A DNA stretch of 64,000 bases from an uncultured Actinomycetota bacterium (lineage in GTDB: Bacteria > Actinomycetota > Actinomycetes > JAFAQI01): contig CAVYQE010000002.1 in NCBI GenBank assembly GCA_963770565.1, forward strand, positions 512,001 through 576,000. Reading direction: 5' to 3'. This document shows positions 43,187 to 52,434 of the stretch, one piece after another (positions within the stretch are counted from its first letter, which is position 1; every line of letters begins with the position of its first letter). A model generated the notes under the pieces. That model made no database searches. It was not told where the DNA came from and saw only the letters and a program-made list of their open reading frames with translations. A program made the translations under genes and the position numbers.

Positions 43187-43902
43187 TGCGGCAACCGCAC
43201 CCGCAGCCGACGAAAGCCCTTGCCCTTGTTCTCGACCTTGACGATCTCCAACTCGCCGATCTGCTTGGTCGAGGCGACGTGCGTGCCACCGTCGGCCTGA
43301 GTGTCGAGGCCGACGATGTCGACGATCCGGATCTCGGTCAGCCCGGGTGGCAGCAGGTTGGTGGCGGTGCGGATGATGTCCGGGATCGCGAACGCTTCGT
43401 CGCGCGGCAGCACCTTGACGTCGATCCGGCGGTCCGCCGCCACCTCGACCGCGCACGCCGCCGCAATCGCATCCTTGAAGCCTTCCGGCACCTCGGGCAG
43501 GTTGAAATCCATCCGGGCCTCGAGCGGCTCCATGTTGCCGCCGGTCACCAAGGCACCGAAGTCGCGGAAGACCACGCCGGCCAGCAGATGCAACCCCGAG
43601 TGCGTCCGCATCAACGCAGTACGGCGCTCGTCGTCGAGCGCACCTTGCACGACCGCGCCGACGGCCGGGATCGGATCACCCTCGGCCGGGATCAGATAGA
43701 CATCGTCGGCACTCTTGCGCGCTCCGACGATCCGGGTCTGGACGCCGCCCCACAGCAGCACGCCGGCATCCGGAGGTTGCCCGCCGCCGCCGGGATAGAA
43801 CGCCGAACGATCGAGCACGATGCCCTCGTCATCGGCGCGCAGGACGACCGCGTCCCAGTCCCGCAGGGTCGCATCGTCGAGGTCGAGTCGATGGGTCGCC
43901 AT
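43183..43902 (-). CDS. Alanyl-tRNA editing protein (AlaX)
   Basis: 'FYPGGGGQPPD', 'HSGLH', 'ADGGTHV'. Confidence 0.92.
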   Translation of the reverse strand: MATHRLDLDDATLRDWDAVVLRADDEGIVLDRSAFYPGGGGQPPDAGVLLWGGVQTRIVGARKSADDVYLIPAEGDPIPAVGAVVQGALDDERRTALMRTHSGLHLLAGVVFRDFGALVTGGNMEPLEARMDFNLPEVPEGFKDAIAAACAVEVAADRRIDVKVLPRDEAFAIPDIIRTATNLLPPGLTEIRIVDIVGLDTQADGGTHVASTKQIGELEIVKVENKGKGFRRLRVRLPQ

Positions 43903-43946
43903 GGCTGGCAGATTAGTGTCCGCGCGATTCCGGCTCGCGCAGGGCA

Positions 43947-44264
43947 CTAGCCCCGGTAGGGGCCGTACGGGCCGTCCGAGGACGAGCCGCGAGGACCGCG
44001 GCCGCCACCCCGACCACCGGCATCGCGGATCGCGGGTCGGACATCGACGAAGTAGATGATCGCAGCGATCACGCCGACGATCGTGATGAAGAACCCGACC
44101 AGGAGCACGAGCACCCAGAAGATCTTGGTCTGCTTGCCGGCCGCGACGTACGACCCGTCACGGCGGATCAGCGCGTCGATCAAGGCGACGAAGACGAGCA
44201 GCCGGGCCGCAAGATAGACGATGAAGAACGCACCGTGCAGCGGAAACAGCAGCACCGAGGACAT
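43947..44264 (-). CDS. DUF2516 family membrane protein
   Basis: 'YVAAGKQTKIFW', 'YFVDVRPA', 'GPYGP'. Confidence 0.88.
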   Translation of the reverse strand: MSSVLLFPLHGAFFIVYLAARLLVFVALIDALIRRDGSYVAAGKQTKIFWVLVLLVGFFITIVGVIAAIIYFVDVRPAIRDAGGRGGGRGPRGSSSDGPYGPYRG

Positions 44265-44314
44265 GATCAAAGGCTACGCCGGAACCACCTCGAGGTCCGG
44301 AGCGTCGAATCACT

Positions 44315-45262
44315 ATGAGCAGTTGGCGAGTCCCAGCAATGATCGCCGCGAGCGCGCTGATCGCAGCCGGCTGCGCAAGCGCAAGCAGCGGCGCCCAGGT
44401 CGGCGTCGGCGCCGTGACCGGCCTTCAGACTGCTCACACCGAGACTGCGTCCGAGGTGGCCAACCAGCTGCTGGACATTGCGCAGGTGCCGCCGGACGCG
44501 GTCCGCACGGACCGGCCGGCAAACCCGTCCCTCGCGCAGCCGCCGGACGAGCAGGTCGCGTCCGGTTTGGTGGTCCGGATCCACTGGTGGCGGGTCAATC
44601 AAGCGTGGACCAGCGTCTACGCCTGGGTTGCCCGCCACCAGTCCGACACCCTGGCCAGCATGGGGAGCAGCTCCAGCGGCGGTCCGGCGCTCAACGACCA
44701 GGAGCAGTCCGCCGACTTCGGGCTCAAGCACCTTCCGGCCACGATCAACACCGCTTTGCTCTCGGTTGCGGTCGCCCCGCTGCCGGGCGGCGCCAGCGCA
44801 ATCGGTGCCTATGCGCTGGTCATTCCGCAGCCGCCGCGCCCCGCGGTCGAGGACGTGCCACTGAGCGTTCACAGCGTGACGGTCATCACCCGCCGGACCA
44901 CCGGTACGCCGGACAGCGGCCAAATCCTCGGTCGGCGCACCCTCACCGGCGCAGCCGCCCGGCAGCTGATCACCGACTTCGACGCCATGACCGTGCAGCC
45001 CGCCGGTGAGCAGTTCGGCTGCCCGATGTCGTTCATCACCCAGACCGCCCTGTTCCGCAGCGGATCACGGCTATGGCAGGCGACCAGCGGCGTGTGCATC
45101 GGGGTCGGTGTCACGCTCGACGGCCACCAACTGCCGACGTTGAACTCGAGCAACGCGTTCACCCACGACCTGCGCGCCGCGTACGGACGGCCGTTCCCGG
45201 GTGCCCTCGGCCCGCAGCCGATGGCGGGCGCCACCACCCAGAGCTCGACCGCCAGTCACTAA
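44315..45262 (+). CDS. Hypothetical lipoprotein, paralog of the next gene
   Basis: Lipobox 'AAGC'; shares domains with 45272-46474. Confidence 0.75.
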   Translation: MSSWRVPAMIAASALIAAGCASASSGAQVGVGAVTGLQTAHTETASEVANQLLDIAQVPPDAVRTDRPANPSLAQPPDEQVASGLVVRIHWWRVNQAWTSVYAWVARHQSDTLASMGSSSSGGPALNDQEQSADFGLKHLPATINTALLSVAVAPLPGGASAIGAYALVIPQPPRPAVEDVPLSVHSVTVITRRTTGTPDSGQILGRRTLTGAAARQLITDFDAMTVQPAGEQFGCPMSFITQTALFRSGSRLWQATSGVCIGVGVTLDGHQLPTLNSSNAFTHDLRAAYGRPFPGALGPQPMAGATTQSSTASH

Positions 45263-45271
45263 GGAGCCCCC

Positions 45272-46474
45272 GTGATCCGCACCCTTGCCCTGAGCACGGC
45301 CGCCGCGTTGGCGGTCGGCAGTGGCGGCGCCGCCCTCGCGTCCTCCGGCGGTGACGCCGGCGGCACCGCTACTGCAGTCGCAACCGCCAAGGCGCTTCTC
45401 GCCGAGGCACCCGTGATCACCGGTGCGACCCGGTCCGCCACCGCCCCGGTCACCCAGCTCAAGCGGGCGCCGGAGCTCGCGGAGTACACGAAGCTGGTTC
45501 AGCGCAAGCACTACTGGACCGTCGACGAGCCGTGGCGAAAGGCCTATGCGGACCTGACCGCCACCGTTCCGAGTGGCTTGGTCTCCGACGGAAGCGGGAG
45601 CTCGAGCGGGCCGAAGGGGTCTGACCGCGAACACTTTGCGATCGAGAGCGCCGACCCGCTCCCGGCCGGCATCGCCTACGCGGTCCTGCTCATCGCGGTC
45701 GCGCCCGACGGTCACGGCAAGGCCGCGATCGGGATCTACGCGCAAGCCGTGCCGCAGCCGCCCCGGCCGGCCTCCGAACTGGTGCCGACCTCGGTGAAGC
45801 GCGCTCACGTGAAGCTCCACACCCGTACCGGTCACACCATCCGGAGCAACACCGTGACCGGCAGTGCCGCTGCGACGCTGGTCGCCGACTTCGACGCACT
45901 GGTCGTCCAGCCGCCCCAAGCGATCGCCTGCCCGGCCGACTTCGGCCGCAGCGAGATCGTGACCTTCCACTTCGGTGACGTCACGATGGTCGGAAAGACC
46001 GGCGTCTGCAACGTTCTCGCGGTCACCCGCAACGGGCACTCCCTTCCCGCCCTGCAGTTGACCACGGCGTTCTTGCGCGACCTCCGGAACGACCTCGCCC
46101 CGGCGACCGGGTCGGCGCACAACCCGAAGCGACCGCCGACCGAGCACATCCCGCTCTCGATCCACCGGGTGCAACTCGTACGCCGCAACCTCACCGGCCC
46201 GCCGGATCGGCGCAAGGTGACCGTGACGGGCCAGGCCGCGACCAGGCTCGTGCGCACCTTCGACGCCATGAAGCGGCAACCGAGGCACTACGTGCACTGC
46301 CTCCTGGTGGGCGGGCCGGAAACGATCGTCACCTTCCGGAGCGCCGCCCACACCTGGGTGGTCACGGAGTCCGCGTGCACCAACATCGTGGTCACTCGCG
46401 ACGGCAAGCCGCTGCCGACACTGCTCCCCGGCATGGCGTGGGAGCGAGCAGTAGGGCACGACCTGGGAAAGTAG
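45272..46474 (+). CDS. Hypothetical secreted protein with duplicated C-terminal Cys-pair domain
   Basis: Signal peptide (ALA site), AAGGAG RBS; internal repeat 'VTG.AA..LV..FDA...QP'. Confidence 0.78.
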   Translation: MIRTLALSTAAALAVGSGGAALASSGGDAGGTATAVATAKALLAEAPVITGATRSATAPVTQLKRAPELAEYTKLVQRKHYWTVDEPWRKAYADLTATVPSGLVSDGSGSSSGPKGSDREHFAIESADPLPAGIAYAVLLIAVAPDGHGKAAIGIYAQAVPQPPRPASELVPTSVKRAHVKLHTRTGHTIRSNTVTGSAAATLVADFDALVVQPPQAIACPADFGRSEIVTFHFGDVTMVGKTGVCNVLAVTRNGHSLPALQLTTAFLRDLRNDLAPATGSAHNPKRPPTEHIPLSIHRVQLVRRNLTGPPDRRKVTVTGQAATRLVRTFDAMKRQPRHYVHCLLVGGPETIVTFRSAAHTWVVTESACTNIVVTRDGKPLPTLLPGMAWERAVGHDLGK

Positions 46475-46477
46475 GGC

Positions 46478-46888
46478 GTGCTCTCGATCACGCTCGAAGA
46501 CTTCCGCCTGTTTCTCCACGTGCTGGCCGCGACCGTCTGGGTCGGCGGGCAGATCACGCTCGCCGGCCTAGTGCCGGTCTTGCGCCGGCTCGGTGCCGAC
46601 GTGCCGAGGACGGTCGCCAATCGGTTCAACCCGATCGCGTGGTCGGCCTTCGGCGTACTGATCGTGACGGGGCTGTGGAACATCTCGGCCGACCACGACC
46701 AGGTCTCGCACGACTCGCACTTCCGTAACACGTTGATCCTCAAGCTCGTCGTCGTCGCGTTGTCCGGTCTCGCGGCGTACCTGCACATCAGGGCAAAATC
46801 CAAGGCCGGCAACGCGATTTGGGGTGCGGCCACGGCATTGTTCGCCCTGGGGGCGCTCTTCCTCGGCCTGGTGCTGTCGAACGGCTGA
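46478..46888 (+). CDS. Small membrane protein (CopD-like)
   Basis: 'LHVLAATVWVGG', four TM helices. Confidence 0.7.
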   Translation: MLSITLEDFRLFLHVLAATVWVGGQITLAGLVPVLRRLGADVPRTVANRFNPIAWSAFGVLIVTGLWNISADHDQVSHDSHFRNTLILKLVVVALSGLAAYLHIRAKSKAGNAIWGAATALFALGALFLGLVLSNG

Positions 46889-46901
46889 CTGACGTACGCG
46901 G

Positions 46902-47672
46902 TCAGCTCGCGGTCACGAACCACCGGCCATCGACGGCGAACGCCCGGATCGGCCGGCCAAAGCACTCAGTCAGCAGCGTCGCGTTGCCGAGCAACGAAGC
47001 GTCGCCGGATGCGACGATCCGGCCGGCCCGGAGCAGCGCCACATGGCTGGTCGTCGCGGGCAGCTCCTCGAGGTGGTGCGCGACCATCACGGTGGCGAGC
47101 CGCGGATCGGTCGCGGCGACCTCCAGAGCGGCCAACAGATCCGCGCGGCCGGGCAGGTCGAGGCCGGCGGCCGGCTCGTCGAGCAACAACAGCTCGGGCC
47201 TCGGCACCAGGGCGCGCGCCAGCCGGGCCCGCGCCTGCTCGCCCTGCGAACAGACCGCGATCGAGCGACTCTCGATGTCGGCGAGACCGAGTTGTGCGAG
47301 CAGCTCGGTCACCCGCGACCCGACGGCTGCACCGACGGGGCCGAACGACTGCACCGTCTGTGTCTCACCGGTCTCGACGTAGGACCGCACCGACAGCTCG
47401 CGCGGCAGTCGCAACCGGACGTCGACCGCGCCGATCCGCCGGCGCAGCTCACGGACATCGACCCGCCCGAGCGGCTCACCCAACAGCTCCACGGTTCCCC
47501 GCGACGGGAACCGCTGCGCGCCGGCCAACGCGAGCAACGTCGACTTGCCGGCACCGTTCGGGCCCAGCAGCGCCCAATGTTCACCCGCCGCCACCTCGAA
47601 GGTGACGTCATGCAGGACGGTCGGCCCGCCGGCGAACCACAGATCGACACCGCGCAGGCTGACGACGCTCAC
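46902..47672 (-). CDS. ABC transporter ATP-binding protein (ModF-like, orphan)
   Basis: Walker A 'GPNGAGKS', 'SQGE', Walker B 'LLLLDEP'. Confidence 0.9.
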   Translation of the reverse strand: MSVVSLRGVDLWFAGGPTVLHDVTFEVAAGEHWALLGPNGAGKSTLLALAGAQRFPSRGTVELLGEPLGRVDVRELRRRIGAVDVRLRLPRELSVRSYVETGETQTVQSFGPVGAAVGSRVTELLAQLGLADIESRSIAVCSQGEQARARLARALVPRPELLLLDEPAAGLDLPGRADLLAALEVAATDPRLATVMVAHHLEELPATTSHVALLRAGRIVASGDASLLGNATLLTECFGRPIRAFAVDGRWFVTAS

Positions 47673-47691
47673 GCAGTGGCACGCTAGTCGT

Positions 47692-48216
47692 ATGACGCCT
47701 CCAGACCCCGCTGAGCTCGCCCGACTCGAGCAACGACGCGCCGACCTGCGCGCGGCACACCTTCAGCCACCCGGCGAGCGCCCGCCCACCAACGGCCGCG
47801 GGATCCACCACGCCGCCCTGATCTGCAGCGACGTCGAGCAGACGATCGCGTTCTACCAAGGGCTGTTGGGATTCCCGCTGATCGAGCTGGTCGAGAACCG
47901 CGACTACCCCGGCTCGACGCATTTCTTCTTCGACCTCGGCAACGACACCCTGCTCGGCTTCTTCGACTTCCCCGGCCTCGGTCTCGAGCAGGCACCGGAA
48001 GGGTTCGGCGGGGTCCAGCACATCGCAATCTCGGTGCCGCCGGACGCCCACGCGACGCTGCGGGCGCGGCTCGACGAGCAGGGCATCCCCTACGACGGAC
48101 CGCAACGCGGGATCCCCGAGTCGCTCTACCTGCGCGACCCGGACGGCATCGGCATCGAACTGTTGTCCGATCCGCTGATGTGGTTCGGCGGGCAATGGCT
48201 GGACGGCCGCGCCTAG
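47692..48216 (+). CDS. VOC/glyoxalase family protein
   Basis: 'GIHHAAL', 'QHIAI', 'YLRDPDG..IEL'. Confidence 0.9.
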   Translation: MTPPDPAELARLEQRRADLRAAHLQPPGERPPTNGRGIHHAALICSDVEQTIAFYQGLLGFPLIELVENRDYPGSTHFFFDLGNDTLLGFFDFPGLGLEQAPEGFGGVQHIAISVPPDAHATLRARLDEQGIPYDGPQRGIPESLYLRDPDGIGIELLSDPLMWFGGQWLDGRA

Positions 48217-49097
48217 AAGTGCCGCGCGGCGTAGGTCCAGTGCATCCCGACCAGGATGACGCCGACCAGGCACAGGTACGCCGTCCCGATCCTGGCCCGC
48301 TGAGCCGGCAGCAGTGAGAAGTAGACCCGCGAGGCCTCGCTGTCCCGCCCGCGCCAGCGCCGGTAGAGCTCGTACCCGCCCAGGATGAGCAGGATTGGGA
48401 TCACCGGGCTCGGCCGGTAGATCTCGAAGCCGAGCAACCCGATCAGGCCGAGCAGCCAGATCGCCGGATGCAACGCACCGGCCACCCGGCCGCCGTCGAG
48501 CGGCAGCGCGGGGAGAAGGTTGAACAGGTTCAGCAGGAGGCCGGTGAACGCCAGGCTGCGGAGCAGGTCCGATCCGTCGAGATGGGCGAGGTAGCCCACC
48601 GCCAGCGCGCCGGCGGTCCCGGCGATCGGCCCGGCCAGGGCGGACTCCGCCTCCTGGTAGACCGACTGCGGCATCGACTTCATCGAGACGAAAGCCCCGA
48701 GGAACGGCAGGAAGACCGGCCAGCCGGCCCGGATCCCGCGAGCCCGCAGCACCACGACATGACCCATCTCGTGGACGAAGATCAGCAGCACGAAGCCCAG
48801 CGCGAACTGCCAGCCCCAGATCGAGGCGTACGCGGCAACCGACACCGCCATCGACCCGACCAACACCACCGACTTGAGCTTGATCAGGACGACCCCGAAC
48901 TTGGCCAGGAAGGCCCCGATCCCGGCCAGCGGCGCGAGGGCGCGCTTGATTCGCGACCCCTGACTCTGCGGGTCGGCCCCGGCTGCCCTCGGCACGGGTC
49001 CGGACTCCGACACCGGCACGGGCACCGGCGTCGGCGCCCACGGGTCGGGCGGCGTCATCGGACGCCACATCTCCTCGGTCACCTCTCCATAGTGCAC
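48213..49097 (-). CDS. Site-2 protease (M50) family protein
   Basis: HEMGH and 'FNLLPALPLDGG'. Confidence 0.92.
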   Translation of the reverse strand: MHYGEVTEEMWRPMTPPDPWAPTPVPVPVSESGPVPRAAGADPQSQGSRIKRALAPLAGIGAFLAKFGVVLIKLKSVVLVGSMAVSVAAYASIWGWQFALGFVLLIFVHEMGHVVVLRARGIRAGWPVFLPFLGAFVSMKSMPQSVYQEAESALAGPIAGTAGALAVGYLAHLDGSDLLRSLAFTGLLLNLFNLLPALPLDGGRVAGALHPAIWLLGLIGLLGFEIYRPSPVIPILLILGGYELYRRWRGRDSEASRVYFSLLPAQRARIGTAYLCLVGVILVGMHWTYAARHF

Positions 49098-49129
49098 GGC
49101 TGACCTGAAATTCGGCCGCCCTCAACAAG

Positions 49130-49167
49130 CCGATGCCCCGATGAGCGCGGGCTCATCAGGGCATCGG
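49130..49167 (-). terminator. Hairpin downstream of the hbhA-like gene
   Basis: CCGATGCCC-C-GATGAGC / GCTCATC-A-GGGCATCGG stem-loop. Confidence 0.7.
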
Positions 49168-49191
49168 GTGGGGCGTCACATCACGACGGTG

Positions 49192-50043
49192 TTAGTTGGT
49201 CGCGGTGTGGCCGTTCAGGTTCGGCGACTCCATCGATGACTGCTCCGGGGCCGTCTCCTGCACCGTGCTCAGCGGCGCGGTCACCTCAGGCATAACCGCC
49301 TCGGTCGTGACAACATCCGGCAGGACGATGCTCGGCGTGACCGGTGCGGCCGTGGCCTTCACGACCGGCTTCGGCGCAGCGGCCCGCTTCTTGGTGCTGG
49401 GCTTCGCTGTTGCCTTCTTGGTCGCGGTGGTCGTGGCCTTCTTGGCGGTTGCCTTCTTGGCAGTCGGCTTCTTGGCGGTTGCCTTCTTGGCACTCGCCGG
49501 CTTGCCGGCGGTCTTCGCCGACAGCTTGCTCGCCGGCTTGCTGGTCGTGGCAACGTCGCCACGCAGGCCGGCAACGACCTTCTCGCCGCGGACGGCAAAC
49601 TCGGTGTACGCCGCCGCCGCCTTCGAGGTCAGCTCCTCGGCCTGCTTGCGGACCGTGGTGGTGAACTCGTCGACCTGCTTGCGCAGATCGCTCGGGAACG
49701 ACTCCGCCTGCTTGCGCCACTCGGCCGGGAACTCCTCGACCTGCTTGCGCAGCTCAGCCGGGAAGGTGCTGGCCTGCTTGCGCAGGGAAGCACGCAGCTC
49801 CTCGGCCTGCTTGCGGACGTCGGCCGGCAGCGACTCGGCCTGCTTGCGAAGCATTGCGGCCTGGCTCATTGCCTGCTTGCGGAACTCGGCCCGCTGCGCC
49901 CGACGAGCGGCCGCAAATGCGGGGATGTCCTTCACCTGGGTGGGAAGCGCGGTCGCCCGGGTGCGGATGCGCTCGACCGCGAGGTCGCTCACGCCGGCAA
50001 TCGCATAGAAGGGCTTGGGATCAACAGTTGGGGTGGTAGGCAT
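49192..50043 (-). CDS. Heparin-binding hemagglutinin (HbhA/TadA)-like protein
   Basis: 'PFYAIAGVSDLAV', 'Y..FA.RGE.VV', Lys/Ala-rich tail; downstream of Rv0474-like HTH gene. Confidence 0.75.
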   Translation of the reverse strand: MPTTPTVDPKPFYAIAGVSDLAVERIRTRATALPTQVKDIPAFAAARRAQRAEFRKQAMSQAAMLRKQAESLPADVRKQAEELRASLRKQASTFPAELRKQVEEFPAEWRKQAESFPSDLRKQVDEFTTTVRKQAEELTSKAAAAYTEFAVRGEKVVAGLRGDVATTSKPASKLSAKTAGKPASAKKATAKKPTAKKATAKKATTTATKKATAKPSTKKRAAAPKPVVKATAAPVTPSIVLPDVVTTEAVMPEVTAPLSTVQETAPEQSSMESPNLNGHTATN

Positions 50044-50153
50044 TTCGGACCTCCTGGACCGATGTCGTGGCGCGGTTCGGCGACACGAGGATGATCAGCT
50101 TTGTCTTCCGGCGAGTGGCTTCGCGTCGCGCGGGCGCGCCACCGCCCGCCCGG

Positions 50154-50657
50154 CTATCTGGCGCGAGTGTCTGGCTTGCTCGCCGCCTTCTTCGTGGGTG
50201 CGGGCGACGACGACGCGCGCGGCTTCGCGCGGCGGGCTGTCCGCGTGCGGGACGGTGTGGTGGGTTTCGGTTCGTCGGCCGCGGGCGCTGCCGCTTGGGC
50301 GGGCACGCCACTGGTCGCGGCGCTCTCTCGGCGGTAGGCCTCGTAGAGCTCGAGCAACACTTGCTTCTGCCGCTCGGCGAGATACGCGTCGGACAGGATC
50401 GCGGCTGGGACATCGCTGTCGCCGTAGCGCTCCTCGAGAATGCCGGCCTGCACATACAACGCCTCGGCCGAGATCCGCAGCGCCTTCGCGATCTGCTGCA
50501 GGATCTCCGCACTCGGCTTGCGCAGCCCTCGCTCGATCTGGCTGAGATAGGGATTGGAAACGCCGGCCAAAGTCGCCAGCTGCCGCAACGAGATCTGTGC
50601 GGTCGACCGCTGCTCGCGGATGTAATCCCCGAGATTGCGTACGTCGATTCTGGCCAC
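50154..50657 (-). CDS. XRE-family HTH regulator (Rv0474-like)
   Basis: 'SLRQLA..AGVSNPYLSQIERGLRKPSAEILQQIAKAL'. Confidence 0.93.
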   Translation of the reverse strand: MARIDVRNLGDYIREQRSTAQISLRQLATLAGVSNPYLSQIERGLRKPSAEILQQIAKALRISAEALYVQAGILEERYGDSDVPAAILSDAYLAERQKQVLLELYEAYRRESAATSGVPAQAAAPAADEPKPTTPSRTRTARRAKPRASSSPAPTKKAASKPDTRAR

Positions 50658-50734
50658 GAACCCATCGTAGTCCGTTCCGCTAACTATTGCAAGCACCTAG
50701 CAAGCACCTTTCGGTGCGTGTTTCCGGAGCCGGC

Positions 50735-51688
50735 TCAGAGCGTCGCGCGGGTCTCTCCGACCGGCTCGCCGTGTCCCAGCACCGGGGTGGTCGCAAGGTC
50801 ATCGAGCGCAGGTGCACTCACATCGAGGGCACGCAGCGCGGCGACCAATACCGGAAGCCTGGCTCGCTCCGCACCGTCGTCGATCTTCACCGCGACGGCC
50901 CGGCCGTCGGCCATGGCTGCGGCGTAGACGCCCTCGGCGCCGTCCTTGGCGATCAGCCCGGGCACGCCCGAGATCAGCACGGTGACGTCGCGGCCGGCGC
51001 CGCCGATCAGGTCGGGGTGGGCCCGCATCGCGGCCACGCAACGGTGCTCCGGGCTGCCGTCCGGCGCCGTCGCCAGCCGCGCGAACGACCGGGCCAATCC
51101 GAGCAGTGTCACGGCAAACAGCGCCGCCCCGCAGCCATCGACGACGCTGGCGGTGACAGTGTCGCCGGTGAGCTCCTCGATCGTGGCGCGAAGCGACTGC
51201 TGCAAGGGATGCGCGGGATCGCGATAGCCCGCGGTCGGCCAGCCGGCCGCCACGCACGTCGCCACCATGCCGGCATGCTTGCCCGAGCAGTTCTGCGCGA
51301 TCCGGCTCGGCCCCTCGCCGGCCCGGATCATCGCTCGTCGGGTCTCGCCGTCGATCGGCATGCCCGGGGTGTTGTCCAGATCGGTCTCGTCCAGCCCGGC
51401 CCGGGCGAGCAGGCTGCGGACCACCTCGACGTGGCGGGGCGTGCCGGAGTGGCTCGCGCAGACCACCGCGAGCTGCTCGTCATCTACCTCGAGACCGGCC
51501 CGCAACATGCCGGCTGCTTGCAACGGCTTGGCGCTGCTGCGCGGCAGCATCGCCGCCGAAGCGGCGCCCAGCGCGACCGCCACGGACCCGTCGGCACGTA
51601 GTGCGACCACGCTGCCGTGATGATGACCTTCGACGAAGCCGCCACGGATCACTTCCGCGACGACCGGCAGCTCGGCCGCTGGGGTCAG
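50735..51688 (-). CDS. Asparaginase II (Rhizobium-type) family protein
   Basis: 'RSSAKPLQA', 'ASHSG', 'NCSGKH', 'DGCG', 'KDGAEG'; start uncertain (CTG 51688 or GTG ~51652). Confidence 0.9.
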   Translation of the reverse strand: MTPAAELPVVAEVIRGGFVEGHHHGSVVALRADGSVAVALGAASAAMLPRSSAKPLQAAGMLRAGLEVDDEQLAVVCASHSGTPRHVEVVRSLLARAGLDETDLDNTPGMPIDGETRRAMIRAGEGPSRIAQNCSGKHAGMVATCVAAGWPTAGYRDPAHPLQQSLRATIEELTGDTVTASVVDGCGAALFAVTLLGLARSFARLATAPDGSPEHRCVAAMRAHPDLIGGAGRDVTVLISGVPGLIAKDGAEGVYAAAMADGRAVAVKIDDGAERARLPVLVAALRALDVSAPALDDLATTPVLGHGEPVGETRATL

Positions 51689-52236
51689 CTCGACTCGCTG
51701 GGCAGCAGGTCGGCGACGTCGGCGTCGCCCTCGCGATAACGCCGCGTCATCTCCGCCGTGCACTCATCCATCACGTGCTGGACCGCGTGCCGACTGGACG
51801 AGACGGTCGCCTCCTCGCGCTCGAACACCTCGATGGCGCGCACCAGGGACTCGTCGCTGAGGCCGGCCGGGTCCGAGGTCGTCAGGTCGGCCACGAGGGC
51901 CTCGACGTACCGGCGGTGCTGGTCGGCCCTCGACGGCTCGGCGGCGGAGTGCCGGCCCATGCCGTGGGCGTCGTGCGGGCCGTCATCGGCGAGGATCCCG
52001 GGCAGCAGGTCGATCAGCGACGCGGCGCCCTCGCCACCGGCCCGGCGGTTCTGCTCGGCCCGCAGGATGTCGAGTCGACCCTGCAACATCCGGCGGAGGT
52101 AGGACAGATCGGTCTCCTCCTGCTCGGCGTCGGCCCGCAGCGAACGCAGCTCGTCGAGCGGGATTTCGGCCAGCCGGTCGACGAAGCCCGGCGCGAGAAC
52201 CCGGTCGATGCGACGATTTCCACCCGGATGTGTCAT
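51685..52236 (-). CDS. rsiG: RsiG/AmfC-like c-di-GMP-binding anti-sigma factor
   Basis: Two E-x3-S-x2-R-x3-Q-x3-D motifs (ETDLSYLRRMLQGRLD; EATVSSSRHAVQHVMD). Confidence 0.85.
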   Translation of the reverse strand: MTHPGGNRRIDRVLAPGFVDRLAEIPLDELRSLRADAEQEETDLSYLRRMLQGRLDILRAEQNRRAGGEGAASLIDLLPGILADDGPHDAHGMGRHSAAEPSRADQHRRYVEALVADLTTSDPAGLSDESLVRAIEVFEREEATVSSSRHAVQHVMDECTAEMTRRYREGDADVADLLPSESS

Positions 52237-52434
52237 GCCTGCGCCTTCGTCTGACTCTGATGGGGCCTTTGGTCCCGAATTTCCCGCCTGACATCCGCCA
52301 TGTCGCCATCGTGCCACGACCGAGCGCCGATGCGTCGGTCCGGTTGCGCCAATTGGCTCAACACCTAAGCCTCAACTGCCGAAGGAGATGAAGTAGCCAG
52401 CAGCGTCACCACACGCCCGTAGAGGAGGTCGTCC

